From assembly GCF_963921235.1 (NCBI RefSeq), contig NC_086097.1, positions 48,238,001 to 48,302,000 on the forward strand: 64,000 bases of DNA, written 5' to 3'. Under the pieces are notes generated by a model. The model ran no database searches. It was not told where the DNA came from and saw only the letters and a program-made list of their open reading frames with translations. This DNA is from Mobula hypostoma (taxonomy: Eukaryota). The position numbers were made by a program, and so were the translations under genes. Positions within the stretch are counted from its first letter, which is position 1, and each line of letters starts with the position of its first letter. Below, in pieces: positions 1 through 11,722 of this stretch.

Positions 1-399
1 AGTATCTGGCTCGACAGGCCATGTTTGGCCTTCGAACTCATCCCACTTCCTGCACAACTTCTTTACTCACTAGGGTCCCAGATCCTGAGGTCCCTTGAAA
101 ATGACTGGGGCTTTGTTTCCACATTCCCTTTAAAATTGCTAGATCCACTGGAACACTTATTATTCTAATTTGGAACTGTTTAAAAAATGTGATCTAATAT
201 TGTATTGGAGTATTAGTAACATCCAACAGTCTGTAAAATCTGCCAGTCCAGCGCTACCGAAAAACTGAGTATTACCAGTTTAATTGTATATTTTGCCGTT
301 ATTCCTGAATGCTCCAAATTTTATATTGGAGTGAATCTTGAGAATGTTGCATACAGAAATACGCCCTTCTGCCCAATGTGGTTGCATTACTGGTTCTGT

Positions 400-1152
400 C
401 CACTGACCTCCCTCCTGGCACCTACAGCACGCCTGCCCCTATACTTTCTCCCTCACCATCATTCGTAGTACATCTTGGGAGCCTGTCGGGGCCACCTATT
501 GTATCTGCTGCTCCCAGTGTGGTCTCCTCTACATCAGTGAGACCCGACACCGACAAGGAGACAGCTTCATCCAGCATTTTCGGTCTGTTGCTGCAAAATA
601 ACAAAACTCCTGGTGGCTACCTATTTCAATTTGACCTCCCATTCTATACGGACATGTTGGTCCATGGCCTTCTCTAATGCCATGATGAGGCCTATCTCAG
701 GTTGGAGGAGCAACACCCCATATTCTGTCTGGGTAGCTTCCAGTCTGATGGCATGAACATTGATTTCTGCAACTCCTGGTAATTTCTCCCCCCTGCCTGC
801 TTTTTCTATTTGCCATTCTGGTAACTCTCTCCTCTCTTACCCATCACTTCCCTGTGGTTCCACTCCTCTCTCCTCTTTATTGGCCTAATGTTTTCCTCAG
901 TCCTTCACCTCTTCTACCTATCACTTTCCAGCTTCTCATTTTATCTCCTTCCTCCCCCCCCCTCACCTGGTCTCACCCATCACCTGTCATCTTCTCTGTA
1001 CTCCTTCCCCCCACCCCCCAACCTTCTTATTTCAGCTTCTTCCCCCTTCCTTTCCTCAGAAAGAATGCTGGCCATAAATATCAACTGGTTATTCTTCTCT
1101 GTAGATGCTGCCTGACTTGCAGGATTATTCCAGCCTTTTGTGCGTGTTGTTT
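400..1152 (+). mobile_element. Degraded Penelope-like element 3' fragment (GIY-YIG remnant, pyrimidine-rich region, tail)
   Basis: Similar to 5890-6707 (ctcaggttggaggagcaacac..., ctgatggcatgaacattgatttc, agatgctgcctga); many indels. Confidence 0.75.
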
Positions 1153-2580
1153 TCCGCAAAGTATTTAGACCTGATTTTTTGAATGGATGCCTGTGGTCAA
1201 GAATCTGATTAGGTGCAGGCTGAGAAACTGCAGGTGGGTTGCAAGCAAAATTCCTAGTTGCTGGCCAAAATGGGAAAATCTAACAGCACTATCCTTTTGT
1301 TTTTCTTTATTGTTTAATATGGAATATCTTATTTTCTTTGAAAACAGGTCTCAACAACAGGGGTGTGATAAGAGTCCCAGTTTACTAACTATGGAGACTA
1401 CCTGTCACTCCATATGAAGTGCATGTCAAATGATCTAATGGACATGCTGCATTATATTTTTGTGAAGGATAAGCAATATTTTGGAGGCTTCCAATATGAT
1501 ACAGATGTGATTCAGCTCCCAGCTGTATGCTTCCCATCTCAGTGTCAGAGAAAATGGTGGTTGATAAAATGAACTGGTTCAAATTTTAATCTTTTTTAAA
1601 ATGAGCGTTCACTTTGCAATCAACCTGTTTGACAGCTCAGATACTTTTGTTTACTTCCACCACATTGGCATTTGCTAAATGAATCAAGATGCATTTGATT
1701 AGTTTATATATATCAATCCTATTTGGGGATTTATTGCTTAATTGGTGAACCCTCCTGTTCAACACTTTGGTCCTATATGGAGATAAGTTCAAAAGCAATA
1801 CTGTAAGATAACTGGATAGAGATGTAAAAAGGATTTGGCTGAGGGGCAGGCTAAGAGGGCTCAACAAATAAATATTCCAGAGGGCCAGCACCAACTTATT
1901 TGACTGAATGGTCTTTCTCTGTGTTCTATAGTTCAAAATAAGTGTAATATCTTCAGCTGACATGCAATAGCTTTAAGATATGGTGCATTCATGTCCTGTA
2001 TAGAAATATTTTAAATCTTTATGAGAGCATATAAATGAAATTCAGTTTAATATTTTAGAGAAAGACTTTGAGATCTATTATGATCCTCTGAATTTGAGCA
2101 AATTGTTCAGAAATCAGGACAATTTTGCATGGTAATCAAGGAGCCGGGGGTGGCGTGGTGGCGTGGTGTGGTGATAATCCTGACCTCTTCCTTCTCTTCT
2201 TCGGGTGTTATTGAACACCCATGTTGGCACTGTGCTCATTAGGTCACTAAAGTGTCATTGTGGTTCCATGAATGACACATTTAATCAGTTGTCTTTAGAA
2301 GAAATTGGTTCCTGAATAAGTGCAGCAAGTGGCGACTGAGGTAAATCGTTACGTGATTGTTTTCAATAAGTATCTGCCCAAGCTGCAAACTGGCTAGCTG
2401 GGTTAAAATTCATCCCAATTATATTGCTGCATTTTTATCATCCTGGACCTCTGCCAGGAGGAAGATTTAGAATTACAAGGCACTGAACCAATTGGAGCCG
2501 TTATATTGGTGCTACTGTACTGATACAACACCTCTTGATTGGCCATTTACGAATCAACTTCAGCATATGTTTGGAAATTT

Positions 2581-2708
2581 GAAGGGTCTTGGCACGAAAT
2601 GTTGACTGTACTTTTTTTCCATAGATGCTGCCTGGCCTGCTGAGTTCCTCCAGCATTTTGTATGTGTCACTTGGATTAATAGCATCTGCAGAATTTCTCT
2701 TGTTTGTG
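2581..2708 (+). mobile_element. Penelope-like 3'-end fragment, older subfamily, with decayed hammerhead
   Basis: gaagggtcttggcacgaaatgttgactg...gatgctgcctggcctgctgagttcctccagcatttt...agcatctgcagaatttctc resembles 6618-6707 plus the tail. Confidence 0.75.
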
Positions 2709-4670
2709 CTTATTTATGGTACTTCTGATACATCTGTGTCAGGAAGAGCTGGTGATTACTGGACCATTCAACGTTCAATGAGTGATAGAATATCTGTGGC
2801 CTGATTAGTGTCTGTGGTGTCTTTGTAAACTGCAAATTATCCAACATACTGGTGTGAAAAATTTTGTTCTAAGTGCTACAAATCAGCTGGGTAGTTAACT
2901 GAACTTCACGCCTTAGTTCTTAAAATTGCCCTTATTGAGAAAAAAGGCAGAGACAAACACACATTAAAAATTCCTCCCTGCAGTGAAATCTAGCTTACTC
3001 ATGCTCATGAAATAGTAATAAAGGTTTTCTTTCTTCTCACATAAACGTAAACTGGAACCTCCAATTATCCCATGTGGATCTGAAGAAAGTTTGCTACATA
3101 CTAAGTAAGCTGAGAAACCCCTCAAAGTGTGATGAAGGCAACCTACTGTTGGGGGGTTGATAGTTTATTATTTCAAGTCTTGTACTGCTGCTCGACTATA
3201 GGCTGGAACCTCTCTGAAGGAATAATAAGAGCATGAAGTAACACCATAAATATCTGCACTGGAAGATATTCGATTCACTTAAAGAAGTTGTAATTGGTGA
3301 CTTAGAAACATAAAAGACCTACAGCACAATACAGGCCCTTTTGCCCACAATGCTGTGCTGAACATGTACTTACTTAGAAAGTACATAAGGTTAACCATAG
3401 CCCTCTATTTTCCTAAGCTCTATGTACCCATCCAGGAGTCTCTTAGCGGAGCCTATCGTATCCGCCTCCACCATCGTTGCCGGCAGCCCATTCCACGCAC
3501 TCACCACTCTCCGCATAAAAAACTTAACCCTGACATCTCCTCTGTACTACTTCTAAGCACCTTAAAACTGTGCCCTCTTGTGTTAGCTATTTCAGCCCTG
3601 GGAAAAAGCCTCTGACTATCCACACGATCAATGCCTCTCATCATCTTATACACCTCTATCAGGTCACCTCTCATCCTCCGTCACTCCAAGGAGAGAAGGC
3701 TGAGTTCACTCCACCTATTCTCATAAGGCGTGCTCCCCAATCCAGGCAACATCCTTGTAAATCTCCTCTGCACACTTTCTATGGTTTCCACATCCTTCCT
3801 GTAGTGAGGTGACCAGAACTGAACACAGTACCCCTAGTGTGGCCTGACCAGGGTCCTATATAGCTGTAACATTACCTCTCGACTATTAAACTCAGTCCCT
3901 CGGTTGATGAAGGCCAATGCACCATGCCTTCTTAACCACAGAATCAACCTGTGCAGCAGCTTTGAGTGTCCTATAGACTTGGACCCCAAGATCCCTCTGA
4001 TCCTCCACACTGCCAAGAGTCTTACCATTAATACTATATTCTGCCATCGTATTTGACCTACCAAAATGAACCACCTCACGCTTACCTGGGTTGAACTCCG
4101 TCTGCCACTTCTTAGCCCAGTTTTGCATCCTATCAATGTCCTGCTGTAACCTCTGACAGCCCTCCACACTATCCACAACACCCCCCACAACCTTTATGTC
4201 TTCAGCAAATTTACTAACCCATCCCTCCACTTCCTCATCCAGGTCATTTATAAAAATCACGAAGAGTAGGAGGTCCTAGAACAGATCCCTGAGGCACACC
4301 ACTGGTCACCAACCTCCATGCAGAATATGACCCGTCTACAACCACTCTTTGCCTTCTGTGAACAAGCCAATTCTGGATCCACAAAGCAAGGTTCCCTTGG
4401 ATCCCATGCCTCCTTACTTTCTCAATAAGCCTTGCATGGGGTACCTTATCAAATGCCTTGCCGAAATCCATATACACTACATCTACTGCTCTGCCTTCAT
4501 CAACGTGCTTAGTCACATCCTCAAAAAATTCAGTCAGGCTCATAAGGTACGACCTGCCTTTTCCAAAGCCATCAACAACAGGAATTCTGCAGATGCTGGA
4601 AATTCAACCAACACACATCAAAGTTGCTGGTGAACGCAGCAGGCCAGGTAGCATCTGTAGGAAGAGGTGC

Positions 4671-4706
4671 AGTCGACGTTTCAGGCCGAGACCCTTCGTC
4701 AGGACT
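4671..4706 (-). ncRNA. Minimal type I hammerhead ribozyme in the inverted arm
   Basis: Reverse complement reads AGTCCTGACGAAGGGTCTCGGCCTGAAACGTCGACT. Confidence 0.75.
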
Positions 4707-5181
4707 AACTGAAGGAAGAGTGAGTAAGGGATTTGAAAGCTGGAGGGGGAGGGGGAGATGCAAAATGATAGGAGAAGACAGGAGGGGGAGGGATAGAGCC
4801 AAGAGCTGGACAGGTGATAGGCAAAAGGGGATATGGGACAGGAGGTCCGGGAAGAAAGACGGGGGGGGGGGGGTGACCCAGAGGATGGGCAAGAGGTATA
4901 TTCAGAGGGACAGAGGGAGAAAAAGGAGAGTGAGAGAAAGAACGTGTGCATAAAAATGAGTAACAGATGGGGTACGAGGGGGAGGTGGGGCCTTAGCAGA
5001 AGTTAGAGAAGTCGATGTTCATGCCATCAGGTTGGAGGCTACCCAGACGGAATATAAGGTGTTGTTCCTCCAACCTGAGTGTGCCTTCATCTTTACAGTA
5101 GGGGAGGCCGTGGATAGACATGTCAGAATGGGAATGGGATGTGGAATTAAAATGTGTGGCCAACAAAATTAAAATTTTGTT

Positions 5182-6311
5182 GTGTTTGTGGAACAATCTA
5201 TGTTCCATGCCTATTCTGGTATCTGTCCCCCACTTTTCCTTCGCTACATCGACGACTGCATTGGCGCTGCTTCCTGCACGCATGCAGAACTCGGTGACTT
5301 TATTAACTTTGCCTCCAACTTTCACCCTGCCCTCAAGTTTACCTGGTCCATTTCCGACACCTCCCTCCCCTTTCTAGATCTTTCTGTCTCTGTCTCTGGA
5401 GACAGCTTATCCACTGATGTCTACTATAAGCCTACTGACTCTCACAGCTATCTAGACTATTCCTCTTCTCACCCTGTCTCTTGCAAAAACGCCATCCCCT
5501 TCTCGCAATTCCTCTGTCTCCGCCGCATCTGCTCTCAGGATGAGGCTTTTCACTCTAGGACGAGGGAGATGTCTTCCTTTTTTAAAGAAAGGAGCTTCCC
5601 TTCCTCCACTATCAACTCTGCTTTTAAACGCATCTCCCCCATTTTACGTACATCTGCTCTAACTCCATCCTCCCGCCACCCCACTAGGAATAGGGTTCCC
5701 CTGGTCCTCACCTACCACCCCACCAGCCTCCAGGTCCAACATATTATTCTCCGTAACTTCCGCCACCTCCAACGGGATCCCACCACTAAGCACATCTTTC
5801 CCTCCCCCCCCCCTCTGCATTCCGCAGGGATCGCTCCCTACGCAACTCCCTTGTCCATTCGTCCCCCCCATCCCTCCCCACTGATCTCCCTCCTGGCACT
5901 TATCCGTGTAAGCGGAACAAGTGCTACACACACCCTTATACTTCCTCCCTTACCACCATTCAGGGCCCCAAACAGTCCTTCCAGGTGAGGCAACACTTCA
6001 CCTGTGAGTTGACTGGGGTGATATACTGCGTCCGGTGCTCTGGATGTGGCCTTTTATATATTGGCGAGACCCGACACAGACTGGGAGACCGCTTTGCTGA
6101 ACATCTACGCTCTGTCCGCCAGAGAAAGCAGGATCTCCCAGTGGCCACACATTTTAATTCTACATCCCATTCCCATTCTGACATGTCTATCCACGGCCTC
6201 CTCTACTGTAAAGATGAAGCCACACTCAGGTTGGAGGAACAACACCTTATATTCCGTCTGGGTAGCCTCCAACCTGATGGCATGAACATCGACTTCTCTA
6301 ACTTCTGCTAA
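5182..6311 (+). pseudogene. Partial Penelope RT + Cys-rich linker + GIY-YIG endonuclease ORF, frameshifted at the poly-C near 5810
   Basis: ORF 5182..5988 joins the frame of 5985..6311 via ...SAFRRDRSLRNSLV...PCKRNKCYT...QVRQHFTC; lacks the RT N-terminus. Confidence 0.85.
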
Positions 6312-6608
6312 GGCCCCACCTCCCCCTCGTACCCCATCTGTTACTTATTTTTATGCACACATTCTTTCTCTCACTCTCCTTTTTCTCCCTCTGTCCCTCT
6401 GAATATACCTCTTGCCCATCCTCTGGGTTCCCCCCCCCACCTTGTCTTTCTTCCCGGACCTCCTGTCCCATGATCCTCTCGTATCCCCTTTTGCCTATCA
6501 CCTGTCCAGCTCTTGGCTCTATCCCTCCCCCTCCTGTCTGCTCCTATCATTTTGGATCTCCCCCTCCCCCTCCAACTTTCAAATCCCTTACTCACTCTTC
6601 CTTCAGTT

Positions 6609-6644
6609 AGTCCTGACGAAGGGTCTCAGCCTGAAACGTCGACT
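6609..6644 (+). ncRNA. Minimal type I hammerhead ribozyme in the Penelope 3' region
   Basis: AGTC-CTGACGA-aggg tctcag cct-GAAA-CGTC-GACT: catalytic boxes, stem I AGTC/GACT, short stem II, palindromic ACGT stem III; predicted cut after GUC at 6640. Confidence 0.75.
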
Positions 6645-7654
6645 GCACCTCTTCCTAGAGATGCTGCCTGGCCTGCTGCGTTCACCAGCAACTTTGATGT
6701 GTGTTGCTTTTACAAAGCCATGCTGACGTTTCCTAATCATATTATGCCTCTCCAAATGCTCATAAATCCTGCCTCTCAAGATCTTTTCCATTAACTTACT
6801 AACCACTGAAGTATGACCACTGGTCTATATTTTTCCTGGGCTATCTCTACTTCCCTTCTTGAATAAGGGAACAATATTTGCAACCCTCCAATCCTCTGGA
6901 ACCTCTCCTGTCGCCATTGATGATGCAAAGATCATTGGCAGAGGCTCAGCAATCTCCTCCCTTGCCTCCCACAGTAGCCTGGGGTTCATCTCATCCGGTC
7001 CCGGAGACTTGTCCAACATGATGGTTTCCAAAATCTCCAGCACATCCTCTTTCTTAATGTTTATATGCTCAAGCTTTTCAATCCGCCGTAAGTCATCCCT
7101 ACAATCGGCAAGGTCCTTTTCCACAGTGAATATTGAAGCAAAGTATTCATTAAGTATCTCTGCTATCTCCTCCGGTTCCATACACACTTTTCCACTGTCA
7201 CACTTGATTGGTCCTATTCTCTCACGTCTTATCCTCTCACTCTTCACATACTTGTCGAATGCCTTGGGGTTTTCTTTAATCCTGTTCGCCAAAGCCTTCT
7301 CATGACCCCTTCTGGCTCTCCTATAATTTCATTCTTAAGCTTCTTTCTGCTAGCCTTACAATCTTGTAGATCTCTATCATTACCTAATTTTTTTGAAACT
7401 TTTGTAAGCTTTTCTTTTCTTCTTGACTAGACTTTCAACAGCCTTTGTACACCACGGTTCCTGTACCCTACTATCCTTTCCCTGTCTCATTGGGACGTAC
7501 CTATGCAGAACTCCACGCAAACATCCCCTGAATATTTGCCACATTTCTACCGTACATTTCCCTGAGAACATCTGTTCTCAATTTATGCTTCCAAGTTCCT
7601 GCCTGAGAGCTTCATATTTTCCCTTACTCCAATTTACTTGATTTCTTGGTGAGA

Positions 7655-8073
7655 TACAAATAAAACTCTAATAATCTGGCACCCTTTGGACAAGCATATG
7701 TTCCATAAATTGAATATTACTCCTATTAAGACCATATATTTCATTTCTTAAATACTTTAGACAGTGTCATAATAAATGTTACAGTGAATCCAAAGAGTTT
7801 AAACAGAGCAAGAAATGTACAAGCGTTCCAGACTTTTGCTACGGTTACACATTTACCTCTGTTCCTGATCTCTGGGTTCGGACTCCAACTCCAAATCCAT
7901 CTGCACACCCAGCTCATGGTCTGGGTGTTAGATGTACTCTAGACCCCTGGCTCTGGCCCACTCTACTTGCACTCTGGATCACTGGCTCCCACTCCAGACT
8001 AATGAGTGAGTGAGCTGCCAAACAACCAGGATTTCTGAACAATTGAAAGCTGCATATTCAGAGTTGTACTGTA
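7655..8073. mobile_element. Possible decayed Tc1/pogo-like MITE
   Basis: Degenerate inverted ends tacaaataaaactctaataat / atattcagagttgtactgta with TA flanks. Confidence 0.3.
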
Positions 8074-11000
8074 AATTCGGTCCATCCGATTGGTCTCACC
8101 ATGAGAACTGCAAAATAAATTTCTGGGGCAGACATTTCACCTTTTAGTTTACTTATATCACTCTCCTTTGTTAGTCTTATTGTTTATGAAATAACAGCTT
8201 AGAGCCTAAGTGGACATTGTAAGGGGAAACAAGTAATGGTTAAAAATGCTGGGTGGGTCACGGTTAATGTACTGTGTATTGTTTTGAGTGCGCTGTTACA
8301 GAAAGAACAATGGAACAACAGGAATCATGGAAGCTAGACATAGCATAATATCAAAACAACTGTGATTATAAACAGAAATATGAATTACTCTTCTGCTGGA
8401 GCAGAGAAATTGAATGCGGCAATTGAATACCGTGGGGAATACTTCTTAAGTCAAGAATTTGAAGAAGACAGGAGATGGCTGCCTGATCTAAATTGATCAA
8501 GAAGGTCACTTTTAAGGACTCTTTATAACTCATGTTCTCAGTGGTTACTTTTTAATTGCACAGTTTGTCTTTTGTTTGCACATTGGTTATCAGTCTTTGT
8601 CTGTTCATGTATAATTTTTTTGTAAAATTTTATGGAATTTTTCCCCTGTAAGTGCCAGCAAGAAAATTAATCTCAAGGTAGTATATAATATTATATAATA
8701 ATTTTCACTTTGAACTTTTCTTCTACGTATAATTTAAGATCGCAGTCAATCAAATTGGAGAAGAAAAAGGTGTAAGTTTTTGCTCCACTTTAACTGCTTC
8801 CCTGCCAGGTCTCTGCTTGGTGGAGAGTGAGTTAAAAAAAACCATTTGAAAATGAATAATTAATCAGCACTTCCTTTTCATGTTTGAACTTGAACATCTG
8901 CTTGCCACTGGAGCCGCATGAATCTCAGTCTATCAACTTAGGGAGAGAAGGGGAAAGGGAAAACTAATAAACAAAGATTTAGAAAAATTTCTGAATCTAG
9001 AACCCTTTTCTCATTGTACTTAGCTGTAAAGAAGAGAGTGCATTAAAAAAATTCAATCGGGGAGGATAATATAACTATAATAGAAGCTGCCAGATCATTT
9101 TTATCCATTAATTTAAATGAACTATAATTCAGAAAGGCCCCAATACAGTTGTGCAATTCTCCTGGCCCTGATCAGCCTGTAAGCATGAATTGTGTCAAGG
9201 GATATTTTATTTTCAATTGCAAGAGGAGAAAAATCATTCCAGTAAAGTCTGTGAAATGGATGTTAAGGAATTATGATCTTTGATTTTCAGAGAGCAGGGA
9301 GTAAATACTCCTTTGATCATTAAAGTGCATAGCTTTTATGTCTAGTAAAGTGGCACTTTCTGTTTTTCTTCTTGGGATAAAAGATGTGGAAAGTCAACTA
9401 CCCCAGTCACAGAAATATAGGCTCCAAAAACACAACAGGAATGTCAAAGCCTTTGTGTATGGCTTCTGACATAAACTCCATTCCTTATTGTGATGGTCTT
9501 CTCCTCTCCTGACAGCTAAGGTGGCATGAAATTATATGCAATTGCTGTTTAATCGAAAGCTGATTTTCCAACCCTCTCTATCGCAAAGGCTTTCATCTCT
9601 GTATAATAGTGTTTGTCTTTGCAACTCCATCAGCTCATCTACTATTAAAACCTTATTTGGGCGCCAGTAAAGTACGGACTTGACTCATCCCAAGTTTTGC
9701 CAGCCAGCATCACATCCCCCATACTTCATTACTGGAAGCTCAACCTTGGGTTTGGCAAACACCGGCTCCTTTCTTTGGTGGCTGTTCCTGAACGTCTCTG
9801 AGCATCAGAACTCTCTTCTAAAACTCAACATCTCTCAATATTTCTGAAACCTATCCCCTTAATTAAGCATTTGGTTATCTATCCTCCTATTTATGAATTT
9901 GGTGCACTAGCTAAATTTGTCTGATTACTCCAATATGAAGCATGCTATGGTATTTTCCTGCCATAAGAGCAGCTCATGAATACACATTATTGTTTGTCAT
10001 GCAGTCTTATTTTCTTTACTACTCACAGTTCACAGTTTAAGATTTTGACACCTTCCCAGAGGAAGATTCCACGGGCTCCATTAGCTCTCCAAATGCCCAT
10101 TATTGATCCACAGGGCTCCATGGCAAACAATGCAGTTCCCTCGACTAGGAGGGTGAAGTGTGAGATTGCTGGTGGTGATGGTTTTTGCAGTACAGGCTGA
10201 TACAGTCCTTATTTAGCAGTCACTGGGTATTGGTATGAAATGGGAGACCTGACTGACTTGTTCAGTGAGGAAAGGTGGTGCAGAGACTGTGAATTGTACA
10301 TTAAAAGCAATTGTATTCCCAGGTAATCCAAGGCAAATCACTTCCCTGACCCAGGTGACCTGTATGTCTTTGCTCTACAGTCAAATTTTAAAGAATCAGC
10401 TATCATTGGTAACAACGTTAGGACAAATCTTGTTATTAAGAAAATTTACAACAATAATCATTATGCATTTTATTTTACTTTAATTATTGTATGACTCGAT
10501 TTTCTGACCTGCTGTGCCCAGGCAGTAATTGGATTTAATATGTGAAAATGAGATATTGTAATTAAATGGTGAGGGTGGCTTATTACTATCTGTGATTGTA
10601 TATTGCATCCCATATTAATCCAAATTCCCATCTAACCTTCTACTAATAAGCAACATACACTCACTAAAACATTAAACATAACAGCAGTGCTAAATTGAAG
10701 GAAAGCAACCAAGACTAGAATGCACTTTTCTCACAGACCATTACATTGAGTCTGACAATGCAATGAATGCTACAGGAATATTTCTATTATCATATTTCTG
10801 CTTTGCTGTTGATTCTTTTTTTTCTGTTTTTATATTATTTTTTTTGCTCAGCACAACAAAACTTTCAATTTCCAGATACACTTACATTTACATTTCTTCC
10901 TCTCACAGATATCAGGTACCAGAACACTTCCACCAAAATATAGACATCACCACAACATCCTATACAAAAGCCCTTAACAGGTTTCTGCGCAGTCGGGAGC

Positions 11001-11285
11001 CCATGGACCCTGCGTCACTAGTTTGCTCTCTTTTTGAACTACTTCTTTATTTTTTATATATTAGCCTAACTTATCATTCTTTAGGTATTGCACTGTACTG
11101 TGGATGCCAAGCAACACGTTTCATGAGATACGGGGGGGGGGGCGCGGGGTGATGATAAGCTTGATTCTGATTCAGGTTTCACATATTGATCAACTTTGTT
11201 TGGGTTCAGAAGGTTGACGTTTCTAGGAGTCTTTTTCTTTTACTCCCGAGAGAAATGTTAAAATGGAACTTTTTAGACAGAATTA

Positions 11286-11722
11286 CATAAGCCCATAAGA
11301 AATAGGAGCAGAATTAGGCCACTCGGACAATTAAGTCTGCTCCACCATTCCATCATGGCTGATTAATTATCCCCCTCAACCGCATTCTCCTGCCATCTCC
11401 TTGTAACTTTTGTTGCCCTTACTAATCAAGAACCTATCAACCTCCGCTTTAAATATACCCAGTGACTTGGCCTCCACAGCTGTCTGTGGCAATGAATTCC
11501 ACAAATTTCCCACCCTCTGGCTAAGGGAATTCCTCCTCATCTCTGTTATAGAGAGGCGTTCTTTTATTCTGAGTTTGTGCCCTTTGGTCCTAGACTCCAT
11601 CACTATAGGAAACAAACCCGCTGCATCCACTCTGTCTAGGCCTTTCAATATTCAATCGGTTTCAATGAGAGCCCCCCCACACCCATTCTTCTCAGGTCCA
11701 GCGAGTACAGGCCCAGAGCCAT
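11286..11722 (-). mobile_element. CR1 LINE 3' fragment
   Basis: ORF2 C-terminus RRNSLSQRVGNLWNSLP plus 3' UTR ending tctgctcctatttcttatg. Confidence 0.85.

Larger units (their letters stand above)
4573..6707 (+). mobile_element. Penelope-like retroelement (probably Neptune clade), 5'-truncated, with inverted pseudo-LTR
   Basis: RT (RYIDD, YKPTDSHSYL) and GIY-YIG (VIYCVRC..C..LYIGET) at 5182-6311. 4609-5162 is the reverse complement of ~6142-6707. TSD ttttccaaagccat (4559-4572) / ttttacaaagccat (6708-6721). Confidence 0.93.
3304..7636 (-). mobile_element. 5'-truncated CR1-clade LINE (ORF2 RT region plus 3' UTR), interrupted by a Penelope insertion at 4573-6707
   Basis: Minus-strand ORF pieces include [40 protein letters not shown] and [10 protein letters not shown]; frameshifted. 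Confidence 0.92.
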
